Part shown: positions 9,958 through 19,098 of the stretch, piece by piece | Layout: each line of letters opens with the position of its first letter | How positions within the stretch are numbered: the stretch's first letter is position 1 | Assembly: GCA_041483195.1 (NCBI GenBank) | Contig: JBGPFC010000030.1 | Location: 1-50,285 of the forward strand | Reading direction: 5' to 3' | From: Candidatus Eiseniibacteriota bacterium | GTDB lineage: Bacteria > Eisenbacteria > RBG-16-71-46 | DNA length: 50,285 nt | Program-made: the position numbers and the translations under genes | Notes under the pieces: model-generated | Told to the model about the DNA's origin: nothing | Databases searched by the model: none | What the model saw: the letters and a program-made list of their open reading frames with translations, nothing else

Positions 9958-11925
9958 ATGCCGACCCCCGCCGCTCCCACGCCCGCGCCAGGGAACGCAG
10001 CTTCCATCGCGACGCGGCTCGCGGTGGTCGGCACCGCCGGCCACATCGATCACGGCAAGACCGCGCTGGTGCGCCGGCTCACGGGCGTTGACACCGACCG
10101 GCTGCCCGAAGAGAAGAAGCGCGGCATCTCGATCGACCTCGGTTTCGCGCCGCTCGTCACCCCAGCCGGCGTTCACGTCGGGATCGTGGACGTGCCAGGG
10201 CACGAGCGCTTCGTCAAGAACATGCTGGCGGGCGTGGGCGGAATCGACCTGGTGCTGCTCGTGATCGCGGCCGACGAGGGCGTGATGCCGCAGACCCGCG
10301 AGCATCTCGCGATCGTGAAGCTGCTGGGGGTGCCGCGCGGGGTCGTGGTGCTCACCAAGCGCGATCTGGCGGATGCCGCATGGATCGAGCTGGTGCGGCG
10401 CGACGCGCGCGCGCTGATCGCGGACACCGCTTTCGCGGAGGCCCCGATCGTGGAGTTCTCGGCGACCACCGGCGCGGGAGCGCCCGAGCTGCTCGCGGCG
10501 CTCGACCAGCAGCTCGCCGCCGGCGAGAGTCGAGCGCTCGACGAGCCGGCGCGCCTCCCGGTGGATCGCGTGTTCACGGTCGAGGGCTTCGGCACCGTGG
10601 TGACCGGCACGCTGTGGCGCGGGCGCGTACGCACCGGCGACCATCTCGAACTGCTGCCGGCCGCGAAGCCGGTGCGCGTGCGGCGGGTCCAGGTGCACGG
10701 CGCGACGGTGGAGGAGGCGCGCGCCGGGCAGCGCGTCGCGCTCGCGCTCCACGGTATCGAGCGCGATCAACTCGCGCGCGGCGACTGGCTGGTGGCGCCC
10801 GGTTCGCTGCGCGGCTCGCACATGCTCGACGTGCGCTTCGAGCTGCTGCCCGACTATCCGAAAGCCTGGGGCGCCAACGTGCGGGTGCGTTTCCATCTCG
10901 GCGCGAGCGAGATCATCGGGCGGCTGGCGTTGCTGGAGGGTGCCGCGCTCGAGCCCGGACGAAGCGCGCTCGCGCAGCTGCGGCTCGAGCGTCCCGCGGT
11001 CGCGGCGCGCGGCGATCGCTTCGTGATCCGCTCGTATTCGCCGTCGCGCACCGTCGGCGGCGGCAGCGTGATCGAGCCGGCCGCCGCGAAGCGCCGCCGT
11101 CATGCGGTGGGCCTCGATCAGCTCGCGGTGCACGAGAGCGGATCGCTCGCCGCGCGGGTGCTGCAGCGGCTCGCGGCCGAGACCAAGCCGGTCGCGACCG
11201 GCGCGCTCGCTCAGGCGCTGGGCGAGAGCGAGGCGGCCACCGGCACGGCGCTCGCCGCGTTGCGCGGGTCGGGCGAGGCGGTCGCGCCCCTCGAAGGGCG
11301 CTGGCTCGCGCCCGCGCGCTGGGGCGCCGCGCGCGAGACCGTCACGCGCGAAGTTCGCGAATACGCCGCGCGGCACCCCGCGCGCTTCGGCGTGATGAAG
11401 GGCGACCTGAAGAGCGGGCTCAAGGGCGCCCTCGATGCGACGCTGTTCGACGCGGCGTTCGACGCGTTGCTGCGCGATGGCGCGCTCGAGCAGCGCGGCG
11501 AGCGGGTGCGCCCCGCCGGCGCGCCATGGTCGCCGCCCGCCGAGACGCTCGCGGCGCTCGAGAAGATCGAGCGCGAGCTGGAGGCCGCGGGGCTCGCGGT
11601 ACCCGAGTCGGCGGCCTGGCAGGCGAAGCTCGGCGCGGGGGCGGGGGAGATCGTGGCGCTCGGCGCGTTTCTCGGGCGGCTCACGCGCGTGAGCCAGGAG
11701 TTCACGTACACCACGCGCCAGCTCGAGGCGCTGCGCATGAAGCTCGCCGCGCACTTCGCGAAGCGCCCCACCCTGAACGTCGCCGAGTTCAAGGAAATCG
11801 CCGGCGTATCGCGAAAGTTCGCGGTGCCGCTGCTCGAACACGGCGATCGCGTGGGCTGGACGGTGCGCTCCGGCGACGAGCGCAAGCCGGGCGGGCGGTT
11901 GAATACGGCTGGAGCCGGCGCATGA
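9958..11925 (+). CDS. selB: Selenocysteine-specific elongation factor
   Basis: [37 protein letters not shown]-terminal winged helix [11 protein letters not shown]. Confidence 0.96.
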   Translation: MPTPAAPTPAPGNAASIATRLAVVGTAGHIDHGKTALVRRLTGVDTDRLPEEKKRGISIDLGFAPLVTPAGVHVGIVDVPGHERFVKNMLAGVGGIDLVLLVIAADEGVMPQTREHLAIVKLLGVPRGVVVLTKRDLADAAWIELVRRDARALIADTAFAEAPIVEFSATTGAGAPELLAALDQQLAAGESRALDEPARLPVDRVFTVEGFGTVVTGTLWRGRVRTGDHLELLPAAKPVRVRRVQVHGATVEEARAGQRVALALHGIERDQLARGDWLVAPGSLRGSHMLDVRFELLPDYPKAWGANVRVRFHLGASEIIGRLALLEGAALEPGRSALAQLRLERPAVAARGDRFVIRSYSPSRTVGGGSVIEPAAAKRRRHAVGLDQLAVHESGSLAARVLQRLAAETKPVATGALAQALGESEAATGTALAALRGSGEAVAPLEGRWLAPARWGAARETVTREVREYAARHPARFGVMKGDLKSGLKGALDATLFDAAFDALLRDGALEQRGERVRPAGAPWSPPAETLAALEKIERELEAAGLAVPESAAWQAKLGAGAGEIVALGAFLGRLTRVSQEFTYTTRQLEALRMKLAAHFAKRPTLNVAEFKEIAGVSRKFAVPLLEHGDRVGWTVRSGDERKPGGRLNTAGAGA

Positions 11926-11974
11926 GCGAGGCGCATCCATGACGGCACCGAAGCATGGAGCGAGAACTTCCATC

Positions 11975-12003
11975 TTGAAATCCGCGGTCGCGGCGCCGAT
12001 AGT
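11975..12003 (+). promoter_or_regulatory. Putative sigma70 promoter
   Basis: TTGAAA-N17-GATAGT directly upstream of a structured leader. Confidence 0.5.
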
Positions 12004-12009
12004 GTGGCC

Positions 12010-12117
12010 ATGATGTTCCCGTGTGGGGTCGTGGCGCCCACGCGAATTACGTTCCCGGGTTCTTCGGAACCCGCATCTCGTCCCCGGGGGGGCAGCACTG
12101 CCCCCCGGGCATTTTTT
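12010..12117 (+). ncRNA. Putative short structured RNA upstream of the NYN gene
   Basis: Hairpin 12020-12044; CGGGTTC-TTCG-GAACCCG hairpin 12056-12073; possible closing GATG/CATC; then a terminator. Confidence 0.5.
12083..12117 (+). terminator. Intrinsic terminator
   Basis: CCCGGGGGGGCAG..CTGCCCCCCGGG stem followed by ATTTTTT. Confidence 0.75.
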
Positions 12118-12149
12118 GTCGAATGCCTCCGTACGATCGGGGGCATTCC

Positions 12150-12782
12150 ATGGTTCCTCGGGCAAGAGTCTTCGTCGACTTCTGGGATTTCCAGCTGCAG
12201 TGGAACAACCGGACGAGGAAGGCTGGATGCGATTGGACCAGACTTCCGCCCGTGCTCGCGAATCAGACGAGCGCCATTCTCCTTTACGCAGGTGTGGCCG
12301 GATCACTCAGCCTCGAGGAGGTTCGCGTCTACGCCTCGGTCGCGACGGACAGCCGGCGCGAGACCCGCCTCCGGCGCTGGCTCGATTTGTTCCTCGACCG
12401 CCAGCCCGGGTTCCGAGTCTTCGTTCGCGAGCGGCGCTCGCAGAGGCGTCCAGTTCGCTGCACGAAATGTGGCGGTACGCTCGAGGTCTGTCCCGTCTGC
12501 TCCAGCGCGCTGCGGAGCGCACCCGAGAAGGGAGTCGATGCGGCGATCGTCACGGACCTCCTCTCGCTCGGGTGGGATTCCGCATTCGACGTCGGCATTC
12601 TGGTCTCGAGTGATGCCGATCTCATTCCGGGTGTCGAGCGAGTCCAGGTCCGAGGGATCAAGATCGTGAATGCGGCGTGGCTCGGCCATGGACATCAGCT
12701 TGCAAGGACCTGCTGGGCTCATTTTCAGATCGATCCCCTCTGCGAGTCGCTGAGCCGGCCACGGAGCCATGACCCAACCTAG
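12150..12782 (+). CDS. NYN domain (LabA/DUF88, PIN-like) ribonuclease with a zinc-ribbon insertion
   Basis: RVFVDFWDF, EKGVDAAIVTD, ILVSSDADLIP acidic motifs; CTKC...CPVC insert. Confidence 0.88.
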   Translation: MVPRARVFVDFWDFQLQWNNRTRKAGCDWTRLPPVLANQTSAILLYAGVAGSLSLEEVRVYASVATDSRRETRLRRWLDLFLDRQPGFRVFVRERRSQRRPVRCTKCGGTLEVCPVCSSALRSAPEKGVDAAIVTDLLSLGWDSAFDVGILVSSDADLIPGVERVQVRGIKIVNAAWLGHGHQLARTCWAHFQIDPLCESLSRPRSHDPT

Positions 12783-12837
12783 GCCCATGCGCACAAGTTT
12801 CCAGGGAGCTCCGCCTTCGGGCCGGAAGCCGCCGCGG

Positions 12838-14778
12838 ATGAATCGCGCCGCCGATCCCGCGGGCGATCTCCTCTACCGCTCCGTGCTGGTGCTGGGCACG
12901 GCGGTGCTGCTGCTCAACGCGGCGGGGCTCGGTCCGCTGCGCGATCAGCTCTGGGGTTCGCACACCTACGCGTTCTTCCCGGCGTGGGTGTTCGTGATCG
13001 GGGCCGCCGCGCTGATCGCGATCGCGGCGCACGTCATGATGCGCGGCTTCACGCTCCCCGCGCTCACGCTCCCGAAGTGGGCGGGTCACGCGCTGCGCGC
13101 GCTCGGCGCCGCCGCGTTCTTCTGGCTCGCGCGCATCCGGCACGCGTTGCTCGGCGACGCCAACTCGCTCTCGCAGAATCTCCCGAATGGCGAGCACTTT
13201 CATCCCGACAGCCCGCTCACGCTGCTCGCCCATCAGGTGTTCTACCGGCTCACGCGCGCGCTGTTCGCCCACGTGCGCTTCGAGCCGGGCACCTTCTGGA
13301 ACGCCGACGCCGCGACCGCGTTCGCGACGGTGGGGCTCGGGAGCGCGATCTGCGGCGGCCTGTTCGCGCTGGTCGCGTGGGCGCTCGCGGGCGAGATGCT
13401 CGCGGCCCGGCCGCAGGCTGGCGCGAGTGCGGACCCGAAGAGCGAGCCGTTGCGCTGGCTGCTGTTCCTCGTGCTCATGGGCCAGGGCTACGCGCTGCTG
13501 TTCTGCGGCTACGTCGAGAACTACACGTACCTGCTCTTCACCATGGCGGCGTACCTGTGGCTCGCGCTTCGCCACCTGCGCGGCGGCGCGCTGTTCTGGC
13601 CGGGGCTGGCGCTGATGTTCGCCGTCGCATGGCACCTGATGGCCGCGATCCTCGGGCCGTCGTTCCTCGTCATGGCGTGGCTCGCGCTCGCGAGGCGCGA
13701 GCGCCGCGTCGCCGCGATCCGCGATCTCGCGCTGCTCGCCGCCGCGCTCGCGGCGCTGCTCGCGTTCCTCGCGTGGGTGGGCGGGGGCTACAACCTGTTC
13801 GCGCACCTGTTCCAGATGATCCACACGGCGGGCACCGGCGAGGTGCAGCAGGATCACGTCGGCATGTTCGCGCCCGAGCACTGGCGCGATTTCCTCAGCG
13901 AGCAATTGCTGATCGGACCGCTCGGCTTCCTGCTGCTGGTGCCCGCCGCGGCCTGGGTGCTGCGCGGCGGCCGCTGGCGCGAGCCCGCCGCGCTGGTGCT
14001 GCTGGTCGCCGCGGGGCTGTGCGCGCTGATGAGCTGGGTGACCCGCGACCTGCGCCTCGGCTACGGACGGGACTGGGACCTGTTCGCGCCATATGGAATG
14101 GTGATGAGTGTGTTCGCGCTCTACGTGTTCGCGAGCGGCGCGCGCGCCGCGGCGCGGCTGCAGTCGAGCCTCGCGCTCGCGGTGGCCGTCTCGCTGTTCA
14201 CCACCCTGCCGTGGATCGCGCTCAACACGTCGTGGGACCGATCGTTCGCGCGGCTCAAGACCCTGCCGCTCGGTCGCGGGCGCACCGAGGGCGTGGTCGG
14301 TTACTGGTACGGACAGCGCAAGGACTACGCGAACGCGCACGCGTGGCTCGATCGCTCGCTCGAGATCTACCCCGGCAATCTCTCATCGACGATCATCTCC
14401 GGGTACTTCTACCTGCAGGAGGGCAAGTTTCTCGACGGGGCGAAGAGTTTCTACATGGCGACCAGGCTGCGGCCGAGCTTCATGAGCTATCGCGTGCGGC
14501 TGGTGGACGCGCTGGTGCGCGCGGGCCAGCCCGAGGCCGCGGTGACCGAGGCCGAGACGCTGGTCGAGAAGTGGCCGACCAACGCCCAGGCGTTCGCGAT
14601 GTACGGCATCGCGCTCCACGGCGTGGGCCGCGTTGACGAAGCGCGGGCGGCGCTGGGCGGCGCGATTCAAATGGCGCCGAACGAAGTCGCGTATCGTGGG
14701 GCGCTCGCGAATCTCGCCATCGAAGGCGGCTACGAGCTGACGCTGAAGACGCTATGGCAACGCGTGGCGGGGGAGTGA
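12838..14778 (+). CDS. Multi-pass membrane protein with C-terminal TPRs (GT-C-like)
   Basis: About a dozen TM segments; LLGDA, GYVENY and RDWDLF motifs; TPR-like C-terminus; start could be 12769, 12787 or 12838. Confidence 0.7.
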   Translation: MNRAADPAGDLLYRSVLVLGTAVLLLNAAGLGPLRDQLWGSHTYAFFPAWVFVIGAAALIAIAAHVMMRGFTLPALTLPKWAGHALRALGAAAFFWLARIRHALLGDANSLSQNLPNGEHFHPDSPLTLLAHQVFYRLTRALFAHVRFEPGTFWNADAATAFATVGLGSAICGGLFALVAWALAGEMLAARPQAGASADPKSEPLRWLLFLVLMGQGYALLFCGYVENYTYLLFTMAAYLWLALRHLRGGALFWPGLALMFAVAWHLMAAILGPSFLVMAWLALARRERRVAAIRDLALLAAALAALLAFLAWVGGGYNLFAHLFQMIHTAGTGEVQQDHVGMFAPEHWRDFLSEQLLIGPLGFLLLVPAAAWVLRGGRWREPAALVLLVAAGLCALMSWVTRDLRLGYGRDWDLFAPYGMVMSVFALYVFASGARAAARLQSSLALAVAVSLFTTLPWIALNTSWDRSFARLKTLPLGRGRTEGVVGYWYGQRKDYANAHAWLDRSLEIYPGNLSSTIISGYFYLQEGKFLDGAKSFYMATRLRPSFMSYRVRLVDALVRAGQPEAAVTEAETLVEKWPTNAQAFAMYGIALHGVGRVDEARAALGGAIQMAPNEVAYRGALANLAIEGGYELTLKTLWQRVAGE

Positions 14779-14806
14779 AGAGCGATTTCGCCGCGGCCCC
14801 GCGATC

Positions 14807-17287
14807 TCAGCGCAGCGCGATCACCCGGGTCGTGAGCATGCGTCCGCCCGCGATCAGCCGCACGAAGTAGAGCCCGCTCGCCGCCGGCGCGCCGCCCTCC
14901 GCGCGCCCATCCCAGGGAATCGCGTGTTCCCCGGCGGTCTGCTCGCCGCTCGCGAGAGCGCGCACCCGCCGCCCCGCCGGATCGAAGACCTCGAGCGACG
15001 CCGGCATCGCGCGCGGCAGCGAGAAGCGCAGCACCAGCGGACCGTGCGCCGGATTGGGCGCGACCGGCGCCAGCGACACCGTCGCCGGCAGCGCATCGTT
15101 CACCACGTCCACCGTGCCGCCCGGCGAGAGCAACGCGAACGGGCTCTCGTTGCCGTGCACGTCGATCGCGGAGAGCTTGTAGTAGCTCCCCGCGGCGCCG
15201 GCGTCTGCGAAGCCGGTGTCGGAGAGCGACGCGATGCGATTGCCGGGGTCTGGCACGAAGCCCGGCGAGCCGCCGCGATAGAGCCGGTAGCCGTCGAGAT
15301 CGCTCTCGAGGTTGCGACCCCAGTGCAGGTGCGTCGCGCCCGCCAGATACGCGCCGGTGAACGGCGCGGGCATCGCGGGGCCGAGGTTGTCCACCGAGTA
15401 GCCGCTGTCGGCCGGCGAATCCCAGTACACGACTCCACTCCCGCGGGCCTCGACCATGAACGCCGTGCGTGGATTGGATCCGGGCACGGAGTCGGCCGCG
15501 GTCGGGGCCACATAGCTGTATGCAGGGAAGCCGTTCGCCACCTGGCTCGCCACGTACTCCCAGTAGAACGTCTGCTGCGCGGACGAGGTGGTGCGAAGGA
15601 TGCCGATGCCCGGCTCGGACGCGGGCGTCGCGGTTTCGTCGTCGGGACTCTCGAGCCGCGCCGCGCCCCGCGCGATCTCCGCGCGCGCGAGCGCAGCGGG
15701 GACCTGTCGCCAGAGCCAGTACGACGACACGCCGAACGTGGGGAACACGTCCACGTAGCTCGCATTCCAGCTCACGCGCACCTTGCCGCCCTGATCGTTG
15801 AGCACGTCCTTCACGCCGGCGATCGAGGGCTCGGGATTGCCGAGCTGGCCGAAGCGCTCGATCCGCTGCACGTAAAGGTCGGGGTTGGAGTCGAGCGCAC
15901 GGTCGTCCAGAAACGCGATCACCGCGCCCGACGCGCCGTCGGTGACTCCGGTCGCCGTGGACTGCGAGTAGTTCGCGGACGAGATCGCGTTGCCGTTGGT
16001 CGCCCAGCCCGGGACGATCGCGCCGGCCGCGGTCACGTGCTGGGCGAAGATGTCCTCCTGCGCGTTGTCGCGCAGGTCGGTCCAGAAGACGATCGCTCCG
16101 CCCGCGCCATCGGGAACGACCGACGGTTGGTACTGGTTGTTTGCCGCGCCACACACGGCGAGGGCCGAAGCGACCGGCGGCCAGCCGGCAGCCACGCCTC
16201 CCGATCCCGTGACGTGCTCGGCATAGATATCGAAGTCCGGCGCGCGTCCATCCCGCCACGTCACGAACACTCCGGTGCCGCCGTCGCTGCAGACGGAGGG
16301 CACGACCTGATCGCCGGCCGCGACGCACACCGCGCGGCCGCCACCGGGCACGGCGGGGTTCCCGGCCGCGGTCATGTGCTGCCAGTAGACGTCCGAGTTG
16401 CCGCTCCGGAAATCCTCCCAGACGATCATCGCGCCGCCCGCGTTGTCTGCGACGATGGCCGAGTTGGATTCGGGCCCGATTCCTCCTCCCGCCAGATTCC
16501 CCGAGCCCCCCCAGCCAGCAGCGAGTCCGCCGGTGGTCGTGAGACGCGTGGCGAAGATCTGGGAGGGTGCGGCGCGATAGTCATCCCAGCAGATGACGCA
16601 GCCTCCCGAGCCGTCGGGGACGACCTCGGGATTGAGCTGGTCGTTGACCGCGGCGCACGCGAGGTTGCCGTCCGCGACCCAGCCGCCCGCCGCGAGCGAT
16701 CCGACGCTCGTCAGATGCTGCGCGTAGATGTCGTACTGCCCGCCCGATCGTTGGTCCTCCCACGCGATGAACGCGCCGCCGCCGCCGTCCGGAGCGACGG
16801 TCGGCCGAAGCTGGAGGCCGGTCGAAAAGCAGACGGTGATACCATTCGGTCCCCAGGTCGTGGCCCCGGCCGCCGTGATGTGCTGCGCGTAGATGTCATG
16901 GTCGCTTATCGAAAAGTCCTGCTCCCAGGTGACGATCGCGCCGCCCGCCCCGTCGGAGCAGATGTTCGGATAGAACTGCTGCTGGCTCGGGATGCCGAGG
17001 GCGAGTCCGACTCCATTGGTGGTCCAGCTGATCGGGATGCTGCCATCCGCGAGCACGCGCCCGGCGTAGATGTGTTCAATCCCGCTCCGCGAATCCGTCC
17101 ACGCCATGATCGCCCCGCCCGCGCCATCGGAAACGGCGACGGGATTCGAGCGGGCTCCAGTGGTCGTGCAGATCGGCACGTTGATCGCGGGGTCGTGTGG
17201 CCATGCGGCGGCGCTGATGCGTGGCGCGGTCGCGATGAGAAGCGTGACGCCGAGGGCGACGCGGGCGGTGAACGGAGAGCGGGCCAT
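14807..17287 (-). CDS. Secreted repeat (beta-propeller-like) protein with C-terminal FlgD-Ig/sorting-like domain
   Basis: Signal peptide; 8 repeats of DGxGGxxxxWxDxR...DIYAQH; C-terminal PNP...GRRVR...WDG...ASGLYFVRL. Confidence 0.85.
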   Translation of the reverse strand: MARSPFTARVALGVTLLIATAPRISAAAWPHDPAINVPICTTTGARSNPVAVSDGAGGAIMAWTDSRSGIEHIYAGRVLADGSIPISWTTNGVGLALGIPSQQQFYPNICSDGAGGAIVTWEQDFSISDHDIYAQHITAAGATTWGPNGITVCFSTGLQLRPTVAPDGGGGAFIAWEDQRSGGQYDIYAQHLTSVGSLAAGGWVADGNLACAAVNDQLNPEVVPDGSGGCVICWDDYRAAPSQIFATRLTTTGGLAAGWGGSGNLAGGGIGPESNSAIVADNAGGAMIVWEDFRSGNSDVYWQHMTAAGNPAVPGGGRAVCVAAGDQVVPSVCSDGGTGVFVTWRDGRAPDFDIYAEHVTGSGGVAAGWPPVASALAVCGAANNQYQPSVVPDGAGGAIVFWTDLRDNAQEDIFAQHVTAAGAIVPGWATNGNAISSANYSQSTATGVTDGASGAVIAFLDDRALDSNPDLYVQRIERFGQLGNPEPSIAGVKDVLNDQGGKVRVSWNASYVDVFPTFGVSSYWLWRQVPAALARAEIARGAARLESPDDETATPASEPGIGILRTTSSAQQTFYWEYVASQVANGFPAYSYVAPTAADSVPGSNPRTAFMVEARGSGVVYWDSPADSGYSVDNLGPAMPAPFTGAYLAGATHLHWGRNLESDLDGYRLYRGGSPGFVPDPGNRIASLSDTGFADAGAAGSYYKLSAIDVHGNESPFALLSPGGTVDVVNDALPATVSLAPVAPNPAHGPLVLRFSLPRAMPASLEVFDPAGRRVRALASGEQTAGEHAIPWDGRAEGGAPAASGLYFVRLIAGGRMLTTRVIALR

Positions 17288-17439
17288 CGAGACCTCCGGG
17301 GGGTGCGCGGCGGCGCGGCCGGGGTCTGGCGGGCGCCGCGTGACGGGATAAAGTCTGCGCCGGGGGGTGAAGCGGGGGCAAGGGGAATTGCGGGGGCTTG
17401 CCTACATGCTTGTCGGGGGACGCAGAATGGGCACAGATG

Positions 17440-18411
17440 TTAGATTCCCGCCCACTCACGGTGCATCCGCAATGCTTCCCTGCTAGGTTGCAACTCGGCA
17501 TCCGAGGGTGGACGGAGCGGGGCATGCTCGAAGCTCTTATAGCTCGTCTTCCTCAGGACCTGGCTCACCACTATTCGAGAGTGGTCAGTGTCAACAGCAA
17601 TCAAACCGAGATCGAAAAGCGTGTGAAGATCGGAACGAAACAGCAGCCCATTTGACTCGTGATTTGTTGCCAATCCGCGATAGGGGACAATGTGTGCCGC
17701 CTCGAGTACTTCAATCGCCTCGCAGTCCGTTACCACGCACCGATTGCTATAGATTCGTAGCAGTTCTCGCCTAAAGCTTGGCTGTCCCCGCCGCTGGGTA
17801 ATTAGGCTCAGCGTCCGCTTCCGTTCATCGACAACTGTGCGCGGGTCAAACGTCGTCGCCAAGATGTCGGCCCGCCTTGTTGGAGAGTCGCCGCCGGCTA
17901 TCCGCTGGAACTGACGTCCCCTGTCCGAGGCGAACTCTCCTCTGAGCCCTTCGAGCACGAAGTGTCCGGCGTCCCATCCCGTAATGAGCGCCAGGCCGAG
18001 CACGCGGTACCGGACATTTGGCTTCCCTTGCGTCTGAATCATGACTCCCATAGGGACAATTGCTCGATGACATGCGATCAGCGAAACATTCGTGTACATG
18101 GAATCCCGTTCATCGAGCGAGAGATTCTCTTGATAGTACCTGTAGCTCCACGTGCCGTCGGGACGCTGCTCGGGGGCTTGATCCGGATAAGGGCTGCTCA
18201 GCGTCTCCCGGATGCTCAGTGCGAACTTGCTCCAAGCAGGCTTGTAAATCCCCTTGGCTCGAGTGGCGAGCAGGGTGCCGTCGGGGAGCGGCCTAGGCCA
18301 CGGCTGTTCGGTGCCCGCGCTCTCCGCAAACCAGCGAAGGGCGGCCTGATGGCGCTCGGGGAGCGAGGGCAGGAGATCTAGTATGGGGTGGGGAGTCAAT
18401 CGCGTTCCCAC
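17440..18411 (-). CDS. HNH endonuclease, putative restriction enzyme
   Basis: RRGQPSFR, CVVT, LEAAHIVPY, NGLLFRSDLHTLFD; visibly more AT-rich than the flanks. Confidence 0.85.
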   Translation of the reverse strand: MGTRLTPHPILDLLPSLPERHQAALRWFAESAGTEQPWPRPLPDGTLLATRAKGIYKPAWSKFALSIRETLSSPYPDQAPEQRPDGTWSYRYYQENLSLDERDSMYTNVSLIACHRAIVPMGVMIQTQGKPNVRYRVLGLALITGWDAGHFVLEGLRGEFASDRGRQFQRIAGGDSPTRRADILATTFDPRTVVDERKRTLSLITQRRGQPSFRRELLRIYSNRCVVTDCEAIEVLEAAHIVPYRGLATNHESNGLLFRSDLHTLFDLGLIAVDTDHSRIVVSQVLRKTSYKSFEHAPLRPPSDAELQPSREALRMHREWAGI

Positions 18412-18690
18412 CTACACTCATCAAGCGGTCTGTAGATTGAATGCGCTCCGGCATGATGTGTCTCGTACGTGGGGCTGCAAGGCCGGCCATGCACAAATCT
18501 TCGCAGACCACATCGCGCGACCGCAGCGTGCGCCAAGGCGGCGCTGGGCGAGACTCGAGACTCTCTGTTCCCTTGACGGAGCCCGCATTCCAGGCCAGGG
18601 TTCAGAGGTTGGCTCGCCGGTTGGTGTTGGGGCGGTATGTGCGAGGACCACAGGCCCAAGTTTTCGAGGACAAGTCCTTCGAGTCCATCC

Positions 18691-18909
18691 ATGACCACCC
18701 CATCCTTCGGACAGCGCCTCGCGCAGCACCCGGATCTCGTCGCCGAACTCTACTATGCGGCTTCCGAGATCGTCGACGACTTCGACGACTGGGGCCCGGT
18801 CATCCAGGCCAACGAGAACAGCGTCTACGACGATTCGACCACGATCGAGCACCTGCGCGCCGCTCGAGCCGCCATCATCCGAGCGATAAGGGAAGAGCCG
18901 CCGGAGTAG
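18691..18909 (+). CDS. Small acidic hypothetical protein
   Basis: 72-aa ORF with host-like codon use (GC-rich third positions). Confidence 0.5.
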   Translation: MTTPSFGQRLAQHPDLVAELYYAASEIVDDFDDWGPVIQANENSVYDDSTTIEHLRAARAAIIRAIREEPPE

Positions 18910-19098
18910 GCGCCCTCTGGCCCCAACCCCCGCGTTCGCCCCCCGCTTCCCCCGCGCCCGTCACCTCATTCCTTGCGCCCCCGTGACCTCCCGGGCCTTC
19001 GGTCGTCTAGACTATCACGCGGTCCCGGCGCATTATTTCAGGTTCGAAGACGCGAGCGATCCGGCCATGGGGGCCGGCATCCAATCACGCGCCCCATC

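Noticed and set aside
12010..12080. tRNA-Sec (selC) downstream of selB
   Set aside because: No TCA anticodon arm, no T-loop and no acceptor stem with CCA; the hairpins do not form a cloverleaf.
11937..12773. CCATGAC direct repeat as a target-site duplication around the NYN cassette
   Set aside because: A 7-bp match is easily due to chance, and there is no transposase or terminal inverted repeat.
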